Shown piece after piece: positions 48,700 to 60,754 of a stretch of 62,717 nucleotides of DNA; position 1 is the first letter of the stretch, and every line of letters begins with the position of its first letter. This DNA comes from an uncultured Laspinema sp. (GTDB taxonomy: Bacteria > Cyanobacteriota > Cyanobacteriia > Cyanobacteriales > Laspinemataceae), in NCBI GenBank assembly GCA_964442465.1, contig CAYUEH010000001.1, positions 1 through 62,717 on the forward strand. The letters are read 5' to 3'. Position numbers and translations under genes: made by a program. Under the pieces are notes generated by a model that did not search any database, had not been told where the DNA came from, and saw nothing but the letters and a program-made list of their open reading frames with translations.

Positions 48700-49755
48700 G
48701 ACGATTTGGCTTGGGGCCGGGGTTAGTTGGAGAAAGTGATTCATCCGGCTGTAGGTTTCGGTGCTGGCTGATCGATCGCCCCGAACGAAGGGTCTACCTT
48801 TTTCCTCGCTAATAGGACCACTTGGTTTTGATTTGGGGACCAGGTGGGGAAAGCCGTTCAGTCCGGCTGTAGGTTTGGTACTGGCTAACCGATCTCCTCG
48901 AATCAATGGGCCCTGTACTCAACTGCTCCGAAGTTTTCAAGTGCTCATTTTGAGCACTTGAAATTGAGTTCATTCCAGGTCCCTCACAGGTAGCTGACTG
49001 CCTCAAAAGAGGGGGCCATTTTTCCGCTTTTAGTTCCGTGCTGAGTCAGTGATTGCCCAGGAGGAATGAGCCATCTTCTCCATCGCAAATAGAACCACTC
49101 TTGGGTTTGAGGGTATTGGGGGTGGTCGTTCAGTCCGGCGATCGGTTGGTAGCAGTTGAGTGATTGCCTCAAATGGAGAAGCCACCTTTTCCATCGCAAA
49201 TAGGGCCACTCTGTTTTGAGTTAGGGGCCGGTTGTACTTGAGGTTTAGTCAGGCGAACGCTTCAATTCCATCGCCAATAGGACCAGTCTATTTTTAGTCA
49301 GGACCAGTTTTCCTGGGCGTTACTTTAGTGCGATCGGTTCCCTGTTGACTAACCGATCGCCCCGAAGAAAAGGGCCATCTTCTTTATTGCCAATAGGGTC
49401 ACTCCATGCTTGGGTCGGGGCCAGTTTTGTTTGGGGCTCACTCAAGCGATCCGGTCAGTGCTGATTGAGCGATTACCCCAAATGAAGGAGCCATATTTTT
49501 TCTCGGGAAATAGGGGTACTTTGTTGTGGTGGGGGCATTTTTCCGGGGGTTTCAGTCAGGCGATCAGTCTTGGTGGCAGTTGACCGATCGCCTCAAACGA
49601 GGGGGCCATTCGTTCCAGTTCGGGATTGGCTGATCAAGCGCCGCGAAGGAAGGGGACATTTTCCGGTAAGACTAAAGGTACTGCCTCAAAAACCTGGGTC
49701 AAACTTTCTCCCGTTTAGAGTTTCGGCAAAGGCAAAATTTTAGAATGAAACAGCC
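48700..49755. repeat. second ~115-120 bp hairpin repeat array, ending in the boundary motif
   Basis: Same consensus as 11640-13150; palindrome at 48934-48962; ends in AAAATTTTAGAATGAAACAGCC. Confidence 0.85.
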
Positions 49756-49958
49756 CTACCTTTCCTGTTTAGACCTATACTACATTTAGTCGGATGGAAT
49801 GTGGGTTAAAGAAAAGCCTGACCCAGTTTTATTGAATCCCCTTTTCAATCGCTTATCGAGTCTAGGCTATATTCATCAGCATTCCTCTGGGATCCGCCCC
49901 TTATGCGAATGTATGATAAACAAATTAGGGTATTGGAGTTAATCTTTGGAGGTTAAAA

Positions 49959-50189
49959 ATGCGAAAACAGCAAACTATTTATACTTCCCCATTAGATGCA
50001 CTGATTGCCTTGAGAAAGCGTCTAAGTTTGTATGAAAATCAATACAATATAGGTTCGGAAGATTTTTTTAATCGCTACTCAAAGGGACAATTGTCCGATG
50101 AGGAGCATTGGGTTGAGTGGGCAAATGATTATCGTCATTTTTTGGGCTTGCGATTGGAGTTAGAGAAGCGATTACAAGATGTTGCATGA
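49959..50189 (+). CDS. small antitoxin-like protein (TumA-like)
   Basis: GGAGG RBS; L..YENQY.I.SEDFF.RY..GQL.D....VEWA pattern; overlapping downstream ATG at 50179. Confidence 0.65.
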   Translation: MRKQQTIYTSPLDALIALRKRLSLYENQYNIGSEDFFNRYSKGQLSDEEHWVEWANDYRHFLGLRLELEKRLQDVA

Positions 50190-50211
50190 AGTTTTAGCAA
50201 ATTACCTATGA
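50179..50211 (+). pseudogene. stub of the downstream partner (putative toxin), MLHEVLANYL*
   Basis: Start overlaps the antitoxin stop; frame ends where a repeat unit begins. Confidence 0.4.
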
Positions 50212-50372
50212 GTGACCGATGACCTCGAAGGAATGAGCATCTTTTTCACTGCAAATAAAACGACTCTGTTTTTAGGGCGGGCCAGTTTTCCTTGGAGTTT
50301 TTTCAGGCAATTTTTCCGGTAGCTGACTGATTGCCCCAAAGGAAGGGGCCATTATTTTGTGTTCAGTCTCGG
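50210..50372. repeat. about 1.5 units of the ~117 bp repeat
   Basis: GAGTGACCGAT..GAAGGAATGAGCAT...GGGCCAGTT...CCCCAAAGGAAGGGGCCAT. Confidence 0.7.
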
Positions 50373-50403
50373 TGTACAATTTAGCAACAATTGAAAATTT
50401 TTT

Positions 50404-50775
50404 ATGCCAGAAGTAGAAAAGAACAACGAACGCGAAGAACGCATTAGAATGGAAATTGTAGTGGATGCCTATGGGCCTGAAGAACAGGTAATGGGCTGGT
50501 ACTACTACCTACAGGACACAATGCAATTTCCATTTAGCGCAACCTGCATCAGTAAGCAACGTAGATCTCCCCTAAAAGTGGATATAACAGTAGAAGTAGT
50601 GGGTCTGGCACCGGAAGATGAGTGCGAGCGCGAAATGTACGTGGAGATTGCCTGGGAAGGCGATACCCTGGCAGTACCCTTGATGCAATTAGAAGCTCCC
50701 GATGCAGATCCCCCGACTCAACAAGCAATTGCAGACTGGCATTACTGGGTTGAGCGGGGCTATGAGTTTGGCTAA
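50404..50775 (+). CDS. CcbP-like calcium-binding family protein
   Basis: REERIRMEIVVDAYGPEEQVMGWYYYLQDTMQFPF...LAVPLMQL...AIADWHYW. Confidence 0.75.
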   Translation: MPEVEKNNEREERIRMEIVVDAYGPEEQVMGWYYYLQDTMQFPFSATCISKQRRSPLKVDITVEVVGLAPEDECEREMYVEIAWEGDTLAVPLMQLEAPDADPPTQQAIADWHYWVERGYEFG

Positions 50776-50853
50776 GGTTCATTTAACTGTTCGTAATCAA
50801 AACCTGGTGAAGTCTCAATTCCTGATTGCCAATCAGAGTGGGACCCACCAAAT

Positions 50854-53407
50854 TTACCAGGGACTGCCAATCAGGGTAAAACCGGACCAGTAATAAGGAT
50901 GGGAGAAATTCATCTCTTCTAGATTCATCAGTTCTGGCGGCAAGGAGATTTCCTGTGCGGATTTTTCACCACGTAAGGGATTTACCCCGACGATCGCACC
51001 CCCGCGAATCAGGGCAATTTGAGCTTGCCGTACAGCCTCGGCTTTCAGCGGTGCAGCTTCTAAGGCATTATAGAATTGGGCCATAAAACTCAATGTACCG
51101 TCATCACTCACATACCAGAGGGAAGCTAAAGCAGATTTGACGCCAGCACTGACCGCCAACCCAGCAAAACCCAACTCAGCACGACGGTCCCCGACGGCAG
51201 TCCGACAGGCAGAGAGGACCAACAACTCAACTGGCGGGTTGTTCCAGCGAAATGAGCGCATTTCTTCTAAACGTAATTTATCGTTATCCCACAGGTGAAT
51301 AAAAGGCGGTTCAGATTCTTCAAATTGGAATTCCGCATGAGTGGCGAGGTGGACAATGGGATACGGGTAGCGATCTCGTTGTTCTCGTAAATTCTGTCGT
51401 GTAAACTCTTCATTGAGAAACATATCACCCTGCCATAGCTGCTGAGTAATTAAAGAAAGTTCTAGCGGCACAGCGGGTAAGGGCTGCATCGAGGGAAAGG
51501 TAGAAGCACCCATTGCCAGCACTTGTGTACCACGCAACGATTGGTAGCGAGTATCCATTAAACTGACCGAGGGGATTAAACTGAGGCTGTATTTTTCTAC
51601 CAGAAACTGTTGACCATCATGTAAGGCAGCGATGGGTAATCCGCGTAAACCCGCATCCATACTGAATAAAAGCGTATCAATTCCCTGCGCTTCCAGTTCT
51701 GCTTCAATCGGTGCGATTAACCAGTCATAAAGCTGTTGTGCTAATTTTAAATAGCTCTTACTGGCACGACGAGTCGGGGTGGTTAGTTCTGCCCGGTAAT
51801 CGGTAATCACCTGAAATAATTCCTCACGAGAAGCACTGGCAACCGTCGCCCGAATCGGTTGACCTTCTGCACTGATTACGATAATTTCTAATCCATCAGG
51901 GAGAGCCGCCATATAAACGATCGCCGATTGATTACCAGTTTGACGGGCAATATTTCCCAAAGCATTTCGCACCGATGTCAGGGTCATGAACTGGTGTTCT
52001 AAGTTGTCCCCAAAATGTTCAGCAAATTCAGCGCTTCGCTGTTGTTCAATTTGGGTGACTGCTTCGGAAGTATTGAGACTGAGGGGAGTCTGATTGAAGG
52101 CGTTGAGACTGCTTAAAATTTGTTGATTTGTCTGGGAGTTGAGTAAGGGATTTTCAGATAGACTCATTTCACTTTCAGGTGAGGCAGTCGCCTGATTAAT
52201 CTGGGCCGCATCTTCTACAGATAAAATCGAACTCTCCAGAAGGGAGGAATTTTCTGAAGAATTGCTCGCCCCTTCCCCCGAAGAATTTGTCACTTCTTCT
52301 GGCAGATTTTCCTCCAGGTTTTCCACAAGGGGATTAATCACTTCCCCATTAATGGTGATGATTCCGTTATCCGTGGAAATCTGCCCAGTATTAATCGTTC
52401 CTTCGGCACTCAAGGCAATATTGCCACTGGCTTCACCCCCATCCGAGGTAATCGTTCCCGTATTAATATCCACTTGAGCATCAACATTAATATTCCCCGT
52501 TGTCCCCTGTTCGGCAATAGTAGCAATATCTCCCGTCAAAACTGAACCCTCTATGCTGGTTAAGGCAATATCCCCACTATCATTGACGCCAATTGAGGTA
52601 AGATTGCCTGTATTTACATCATCTTCGGCCAAAATATTAATGTCGCCTGCATCCCCAGATAGCGCTTGCGAAGTAATATTTCCTGTGGTGACAGAACCCT
52701 GACTACTCAAGAGTTGAATATCGTCACTATTGTTCAGCCATCCGATGATACCTTCACCTGCCAATGAAATAATATGTCCGGTTTGAATATTGTTTAAAGC
52801 CCAAACGTTAATATTGCCTACCGTCCCCTGTTGGACAATGCTGGCAATATTTCCAGTGAAAATCGTACTTTCCTGACTGATTAAGGTAATATTACCACTA
52901 TTATTGGCTGCATTCGAGGTAAGATTACCCGTATTTATAGCTTCGGAAGCCACAATAGTAAGAGTTCCTGTCTCCCCAGATACCGCTTGAGATGTGACAT
53001 TTCCTGTAGTCACTGAACTCTGCTCACTGCTGACTTGAATACTGCCACTATTAGCAAACCCTTGGAGGCTACCGTCACCTCCGGATGAGGTTAAATTTCC
53101 GGTTTGAATATCCGCTTGGGCAGTCACATTAATATTCCCGGCTGTCCCCTGTTCTGCAACAGTCTCAATATTTCCTGTCGCCACCGCAGCTTCACCACTT
53201 AGAGAAATATCACCACTATTATTGCCGCCAATGGAGTTAATATTGCCTGTGTTTACATCTTCTTGTCCAGCAATATTAATATCTCCGGCATCTCCAGAAA
53301 TGGCTTGAGATGCGACATCTCCCGTGGTGACCGAACCCTCTTCACTTCTGACCTCAATATCTCCACTATTTTCACCGGCTTCACTGTTAATATCTTCTGT
53401 AGCAATA
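50854..53407 (-). pseudogene. 3' part of an IS630-interrupted haemagglutinin-CHAT gene (beta-helix repeats + CHAT)
   Basis: TGNI..S...G.I repeats; LPIAALHDG, VHLATHA (His), LSACRTA (Cys), PYYWSGF; frame continues upstream of the 53184 ORF start to the IS junction. Confidence 0.88.
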
Positions 53408-54589
53408 AGCTGTTCAGCATTTAAATTGGTATAATATTCAGAATCCCTATAAAAATCAAGCCCATGCCAGCTACCAATTGTTTAACGCATGAACAAGTCA
53501 AAAAACTTCAAAAAGCCCTGAAAGAGGAACCTAATGGGGAGATCCGACAAAGGATATTAATGCTTCTCTTACTGAACGATGGGAAGACTCAGGCAAAAAT
53601 CGCTCAATTTATTGGTTGCTCAATCAATACAGTATGCCATTGGTGTATTCATGGAGACCCTGATAATCTGGAAAGTTTAAAAGACAAGAGGATGGAAGGC
53701 AATAACAAAAAGGCTACTGAAGAGTATGTCAATCTTTTATTGGAGACCTTATCCAAAGAACCGACGGAGTTAGGATATGAATTTGGACGATGGACGGCTC
53801 ATAGATTAGCTACTTATTTGCATGAAATAACCGGGATTCAACTGAGTGGGTCCCAAGTCAGGAGGATATTAGCTAAAAAAAAGTATGCCTACATTTGGGG
53901 GAAATATAGTTTAGAGTCCAAGAGGGATGAGGAAGAGAGAAAAGAGTTTAAGAAAAAATTATCCGAGTATTTAAGAATAGAAAAAGAGACTCCAGAGCTT
54001 TTGCAAGTATGGTTTTGGGATGAAAGCGGATTTAGTTTAAGAGTCATAAGAAGAAAAAGTTGGTGTAAGAAAGGAAACCGGAAGCATCTCAGGGGTGATA
54101 GGAGAAATGGACGGATCAATGTCATGGGTGGAATCCGGTATTCTGACAAAAAAAGATTTGTGGAGTTTTTAAAGACAAGCAATTCGGAAAGCTTTTATAA
54201 CGTTTTACAAGTTTTTTATAAAGAGCTAATCCAAGAATGGTGCGATTCGGGAAAATCTGCCCATGATTTTTCAGTGAATGGACCCAAAATTATTATTATC
54301 CTTGATAATGCAAGTTTTCATAAAAAGGCAGAGTTTATCCAAAAAATTGGGGAAAATATGCCAAATATCCAATTAGAGTTCCTTCCAAAATATAGCCCGG
54401 ACTACAACTTGATAGAGTTGGTTTGGCACTCCGCTAAAGAATATATTGCTCATCGACTATTTACCTCTATTGAAGATTTAGAAGCTTTATTACATAAACT
54501 TTTAAATGAAGGAGAGCTAATTATTTGCTGGTCCCGTAAATTAAAGAATAAGGGAAACGCAGTTATCCCAATTTAAATGCTGAACAGCT
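53408..54589 (+). mobile_element. IS630-family insertion sequence
   Basis: Terminal IR AGCTGTTCAGCATTTAAATTG at both ends; TA duplication at 53406-53407 and 54590-54591. Confidence 0.93.
53464..54576 (+). CDS. IS630 family transposase
   Basis: HTH, GRWT..RL, WFWDESGF, IILDNASFH, YSPDYNLIELVW. Confidence 0.93.
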   Translation: MPATNCLTHEQVKKLQKALKEEPNGEIRQRILMLLLLNDGKTQAKIAQFIGCSINTVCHWCIHGDPDNLESLKDKRMEGNNKKATEEYVNLLLETLSKEPTELGYEFGRWTAHRLATYLHEITGIQLSGSQVRRILAKKKYAYIWGKYSLESKRDEEERKEFKKKLSEYLRIEKETPELLQVWFWDESGFSLRVIRRKSWCKKGNRKHLRGDRRNGRINVMGGIRYSDKKRFVEFLKTSNSESFYNVLQVFYKELIQEWCDSGKSAHDFSVNGPKIIIILDNASFHKKAEFIQKIGENMPNIQLEFLPKYSPDYNLIELVWHSAKEYIAHRLFTSIEDLEALLHKLLNEGELIICWSRKLKNKGNAVIPI

Positions 54590-57500
54590 TATCATAAGGA
54601 GCGATGATTTGAATATTCCCTGAATTTCCCTGAGTTGCCCGAGATTCCACCCGCCCGGTTATAATCGAACCATCGGATGCTACTACCCGAATATCTCCTG
54701 CGTCTTGTTCGGCGATCGCGCTCAAAGTAGCGGTTGTAATGTCGCCTCTGGTCCCAAAAGTATTGAGGCGGATATCCCCCGTCGTTCCGGATGGGGCCAG
54801 GGTACGAATAAACCCAGTAGAAATTATGCTATCGTTGCTAGAAATGGTCACATTTCCGCTGCGGACCGGACCATAGGAAGCAATGTCATTAATTTGTACT
54901 TCCCCATCGGCCCAGAGTGTGATATCTCCGCCAATTTGCTGATTTGAATAGGTAGAAATGTGATGGATGTTAATATCTCCCGTCCTAGAGGTAACGTTAA
55001 TCGTTCCCCCCTCGCCATTTTCAGAGGCAGAAAAAATTACACCTGTCTTGATATCTCCCAAACTACTGTTTAACGTAACATTCCCGCTATTTTCCTGAGC
55101 TAAAGCATTAATATGGCTGGTGATAATGCCTTGTGGAGCAGATAAAGCAATATTCCCACTTGTCCCTCCCGGAGCCAAAGTTTGAATATTATGGTTGACT
55201 CCCAATCGATAGTTCATTATATTTGAAGAAAAAATATCAAAATTTGGAAAATTCTCAGGCTCGCTAAAATCGACTCCTAATGTAGTATTGATTGCCCCAG
55301 TCCGACTGGTGAGAATAATATCGCCTCCTCGGACTCCTTCCCCATAAGTTTGAGCGTTTAGATAACTGGTTGAAATATTTAGGTGAGCCTCTAGGGTAAT
55401 GTTACCCGCATTCCCCTCAGAAGCATAAGAGGCAAGGATTCCTTGAGTTGTATTGATTTCCCCAGTGTTACTGACAAGATGAATATTACCAGCGTGTAAG
55501 TTTGCCACAGCGTCAATGTTGCCGGTAATGATGTTTCCCTCTGCTTTTAAGATGATATCATCACCGCGCATACTTGGGTTCTCATAATTAAAATTGATAT
55601 CCGATGAGCCGATGAATCCATTGGTAGTATTGATTCCTCCAGTTTCAGAAATAAGAGAAATTTTACCGCCTCCTTGTCCCCCAACAATTTGAACATCTCC
55701 AGTCCTAATATCCCCTTGCGCTTCCAGGGTAATGTTGAGAGGCTCTCCATTTCTGAAAATATTCCTAGACTCGATCACCCCCCCGCTAGTGTTTATCATC
55801 CCATTGCGACTCACCAGGCTAATATTACTACTACTGTACGAAGTTTGTAGATTATTAACTCCATCATAATTACTAATGGTATTAAACTCATTTTCCATAA
55901 ATAAAATATCACCTGTTGCTGAGATACTGATATCACTTGCAAGAGAACTAATTCCCGAGAATAAATCGCTGGCACCACCGATAATGATTCCTTGAAAAGG
56001 AGAATCTAAATAAATTCCCCCACGCCCAGCGCTCACTTCGATATTGTCAATACTGACTCGGAGCGGGTCAGTTAATGTCCCAATTCCGCCAGTTACCGAA
56101 GCTTCAAAAATAGCACTTCCGGCAGAGAGCAAAGAATCTGCGGAGACTCGATGAATGTTGCCCTCATTAGCATCAACAGTTAACCTGCCAGTGGTGTTAA
56201 TATTTCCTAGATTGATATTACCCACTTCCCAGTGCTTTCCTACAATTGCGATGTCTATCTGACCACTCCCTGCGTTCAGGGTTGTGCCAGGAGCCATATT
56301 CACGGAACCCGGTCCAGGATCCCGCAATCCTTGGATCACGAATGGATCGTTAGCTCGTAAAATAATATTGCCGTTAGTTGCAGAGGTATCGATATCTGCA
56401 TTGAGGTTGATACTCCGCCCTGCTCTAAGTTCCAAAAGAGAAATCGCCTCAGTAGTAATTGGTTCATTCACAGTAATATCGTTATGCGCTTGTAAAATCA
56501 CTTCACCTATCACTTCAGTGATCGCATCGGCATCAGATACCACCTCTAAATTCCTAACCGTCTTTTCATTTCGGAGCCACTCATCCGTACCACCATCTTC
56601 TATAGTGATGTTTTGAGCTAAGGCAAACAATAAATCGATACTGCCCTGGCGGCTGTTCATATTCACTTTTTCTACCAGACCTGGGATCAAATGGGTCGTA
56701 ATATTCCCATAGGCATCTAAGAGGACGGTTCCGTTCATGCTGGACATGGAAGACGGGTCTAAAAAACCGGCTTGGGTATCAATATTTCCACCCGTACTGC
56801 GTAAGGTGATATTACCGCCACTGCCATTACCGTAAGCTGTTGACCACAGGTTCCCCGTTTGAATATTTCCAAAGGCTGACAGGGTAATCGGTCCGCCATT
56901 TCCTGATGCTGACGCCGAGGAGAGAGTTGCTTCTCCCGTGGCGATCGCACCTTGACTGCTGGTGAGTTCAATTGCCCCTCCACTCAATTTTCCAGTGGTA
57001 CTTATCTCCCCCGTTTGAATATCTCCCTTTGCTGAGAGGGTAATGTTTCCACCCCGTCCTTCACCGGAACCGGCATTGAGAATTCCATTATTGAGTTGAT
57101 CCCATACGGGGATGTTAGCGGTTCCGTTTCCAATAGAGATAACCCCTTCCTGCGAAATCAGTGTAATATCACCCCCGATGCCACTGCCATCAATAAACAC
57201 CTCCCAACTAACTGCTGATGTATAATAACCAGATCCTGAAATAATGCTCCCACTAACAATATCGCCCTGAGAAATCAAGGTAATATTACCAGCGTTACCT
57301 TCAGGAGAACTCGAATATAACCAACCGGGGTTGGCAATACCTGCAGTTTGACTTTCGATTAAGATGTCACCTCCTGCCGCACCCCCCGAGGTGTCAATGT
57401 ATCCTACTGCAATATCTCCTGTCGCCAACAGCGTAATATTTCCCCCGCTGGTGTCTGTTGAGCTACTCGCTAAGGACCCATCTACTAAAATTGCACCACC

Positions 57501-60149
57501 GCTTACAATTGAAATATCACCGCCCGAACCGTTCTGGGACGAGTTGTTGATTCCCGAGGAGAAGATACTAGAGGCTCTTATATCTCCAGTCTCTGTCTTC
57601 AGGCTAATATTTCCTGACTGAATTGCTTCAGACCCCATCACCCAAAAGATGTCCAGGAGATCAATCTCTTCTGCCGCAGATAAACTAATATTTCCAGCTT
57701 TACCCGCTTCGGAGTACGAAGCCACCCCGTTAAATCTAAAAAAACGTGAAAGTCCAGCATTGTCGTTGGTTAGGGAATTGCTTCTATTAATGCTACCCAT
57801 TATGCTATTTACGGTAATATTTCCAGAACTCTGTATGCCTTGAGAATTAATTGAGCCAAGCTGAATATCTTGTTTTGCGGAGAGGTAAATTTCTCCGGCA
57901 TCGTCCATTGATGACCAAGAGCTAATCCCTCCTGTTAAGTCGATGCTACCGTTTATACTCTTTAAGTCAATATTTCCCGCTCCGATGTTGCTGTTTGTCG
58001 TTATTTCATCCAGAATTTGGGTATGGGTCGCTAAATCGCCCAGGTTAGTATAGATATCATCTAAGTCTATCCATACCGCATCAAGAACTACGGAGTCAAT
58101 GGCGATAATATACTCTGCAATCGCCAGGTCTCCTTCCGCACTCAAGACAATATCTCCTCCATTTTCGGCAAAAATTCCTTCTAAAGTTTCACTCACACCA
58201 CCAATGGTCAACCCTTGGATAGGAGACTGGATAAATATTCCGCTACTGCCGGTCCGGGCTTCTAGGTTAGTGACGCTGATACGAAGCGGTGCTGTTTCAG
58301 TGCCAATTCCGCCTGTATTATTGGTTTCTAAGGCTAATTTATCCGCAGAAATTAAGGAGGTAGCAGAGTTTCTCAAAATATTTCCCCCGCCTGCATTGAG
58401 GGTAATTTCTCCGGTGGTGGTTGCATTGCCAATCTGGATTTTTCCGACTTCACCTAAATCGCCTAATGTGATATTAATATTCCCACTTCCAGCATTTAAA
58501 CTCGTCCCATCGGCTTGAATAATCGAGGCTGGACCCAATTCTCGATATTCGGGATTAGCATTGGGACTATTTCCTTGAAGGACGATCGCCCCATTTCCTT
58601 GGGAGGTATCGATATCTGCATTGATTGTAATATTCCGTCCGGCTGTGAGTTCTAAACTGCTGATACTCTCGGAAACAATCGGTTTGCTGATGGTAATGTC
58701 ATTATTGGCTTCTAGGATAATGCTGCCAGATAGCTCGCTGAGAGTCTCTACATTAAAGGTGACATCACTATCGGGATTATTGTCAAAAAGAGTAATATTT
58801 TCTTCTAGATTATTATCGCTTTCTTCGTTGGCAATAGTAATATTTTTCGGGTCGAAGAGGATAGTGCCGGATGTACCATTTTCGGCACTCACATCTATGC
58901 TTCCTCGCACGATTAGGGTTTCTTTGCCGGATACTTCTACAAATCCGCCGGTTTCAGGACTACTTGCGCGAATAGTGCCATGAAATTCGGTGGAGTCGTC
59001 GGACCAGAGGATGATGGTGCCGCCACTGCCATTGTTGATCGCATCGGCAGCGAGGGTGGAGTTGGGACTAATCCAGGTGCGATCGGCGTTAGGAATTGTC
59101 CCATTTCCTTGATAGTCTCCACCAATACGAATGGTTCCCCCACCCTCGATTCCTGAAGCATCGATCGCCCCCTGGATGACGGCAACCCGATCGCCGGTCA
59201 TTTGTACATTTCCCCCTGTTTCTCCGGAAACGTCCACAATTCCACTGGCGATCGCATCCCCAGGTTTCGAGTCGAGATTCATGCCGGACCCAGTAAGAGC
59301 GATCGTCCCATCAGAATTCACTTGCACCGTTTGAGCATGAGTCAGACTTCCGCCAGTCATTAATTCGGGCAAGGATAACGGGGTGATGTGAGGAAGGAAA
59401 TTCCCCCAGGAGGCCGTCCCCTCTCCAATTGACGTAATTTCTAAACTCAGCAGATGGTTTTCTTGGGAAATTCGGACTCGACTTTCTCCGGGTACAGCAG
59501 CAATTGTAATATTTCCCCCGGGTGCCGTCAGGGTGCCGCTACTGAGGACCGTCCCGCCGATTAAGGTTAAATCTCGTCCCGGTTGTAGCCCTAAATTGCC
59601 GAAGTTGACCACTGCACCGGGTTGGGATGTAGAAAAGAAAAATGCAGTCGGTGTCCCAACTAATGTCTGATACTCGTTATTACCCAACCCATTAAACCAC
59701 GTATCACCGAACCCAATTCCTGTAGCCGTCGTAGCGGTAAAATCCCCGGGGAGATTCAATTGAGCCTGGTTCCCAAATAAAATCCCCGCTGGATTCATCA
59801 AAAACAGATTGGATGGTCCCCCGGTGACTTGGATTAAGCCATTAATATAGGACGGATCCCCACCGACAACCCGCCCTAAGATATTTCTAATTTCAGGATT
59901 GGAGAGAAAATTAGCAATTTGTCCTTCATTTAAGCCGAAGGTGCTAAAGCTGTGGAAGAGATTGGCGCGATCGCCACTGAGGGAACCCCCAGAAATATCC
60001 AGTTGATTGCCATCGGGAGTGACTATGGTCCCGGTCCCATCGTTGGCGGGTGTAATCGGTGGCGTTTGCGCTTGGGTGAGAGACGCCATACCCAAAAGCA
60101 TTGCAACCAGCAGCGCCCACTGCTGGTGATCAAATCCACCTGTTTTCAT
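54590..60149 (-). pseudogene. 5' part of the filamentous haemagglutinin (TpsA-like) CHAT gene, interrupted by IS630
   Basis: Signal peptide ..LGMASLTQAQ; TPS domain NLFHSF, NPAGILFG; GGFVEVSG; G.GG.I.L repeats; the ORF track reading (54573-60149) ends inside the IS. Confidence 0.9.
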
Positions 60150-60294
60150 GTCCGATGTTCTCCTGATTGAGTATCCCTGTAAACCTTCTGGGGAAGGTTT
60201 TAACCTAGGTCCCTGCCCTTGGGACCCTAAATATTTTTTGGTTTTAACTCAATAAAAGGGAATTGTCGATAGAGACAATCAAAAAGCGCTGGAC

Positions 60295-60590
60295 TGGGTG
60301 CGTACAATGCCAGCAAGTGGGGCGTGGGTGCGTTTTCCGAAGTGCTGCGGCAAGAACTGTGCAAGAGTGGGGTGCGAGTGACGGTGGTGGAGCCGAGTTA
60401 GGTGCAAACGCCACTTTATGACGAAATTATGAGTGGCCCCATGCAGGAGCGGATTAGCCGTTAGCAAGATAGCATCGGGGAGCCTTTGCTGCCGGAGGAT
60501 GTGGCCGGGGCGATTGGGTTTGCGTTATTCCAACCGCAGGGGGTGAATGTCAATGAGATTTTGTTGCGACCGACTGGGCAGGTGAATTGA
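60295..60590 (+). pseudogene. 3' half duplicate of the SDR gene
   Basis: Collinear with about 3946-4241 (AYNASKW...LLRPTGQVN*); two TGG codons changed to TAG. Confidence 0.9.
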
Positions 60591-60641
60591 TGTAGTAAGC
60601 AGGAGGTAACCGGAACTAGGAGCCTCTTTTGTCGGGCGATC

Positions 60642-60698
60642 GGTCACGAACTGAGGGAGCCATCACGAATTGAGGGAGCGGTCACGGACTGAGGGAGC
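60642..60698. repeat. 19-bp tandem repeat, three copies
   Basis: GGTCACGAACTGAGGGAGC / CATCACGAATTGAGGGAGC / GGTCACGGACTGAGGGAGC; single copy at about 4274-4292. Confidence 0.8.
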
Positions 60699-60754
60699 GA
60701 TCGTATCCAAGACAAGAACTATTCTTGGCCCGAACCATCAGGGTGGGCTGCGTT

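Noticed and set aside
48700-49755. Integron attC cassette array
   Set aside because: No integron integrase, no consistent RYYYAAC/GTTRRRY boxes, and most hairpins do not flank ORFs
3489-60590. Diversity-generating retroelement template/variable pair (SDR or GNAT duplicates)
   Set aside because: No reverse transcriptase, and differences are not adenine-specific and include nonsense changes and indels
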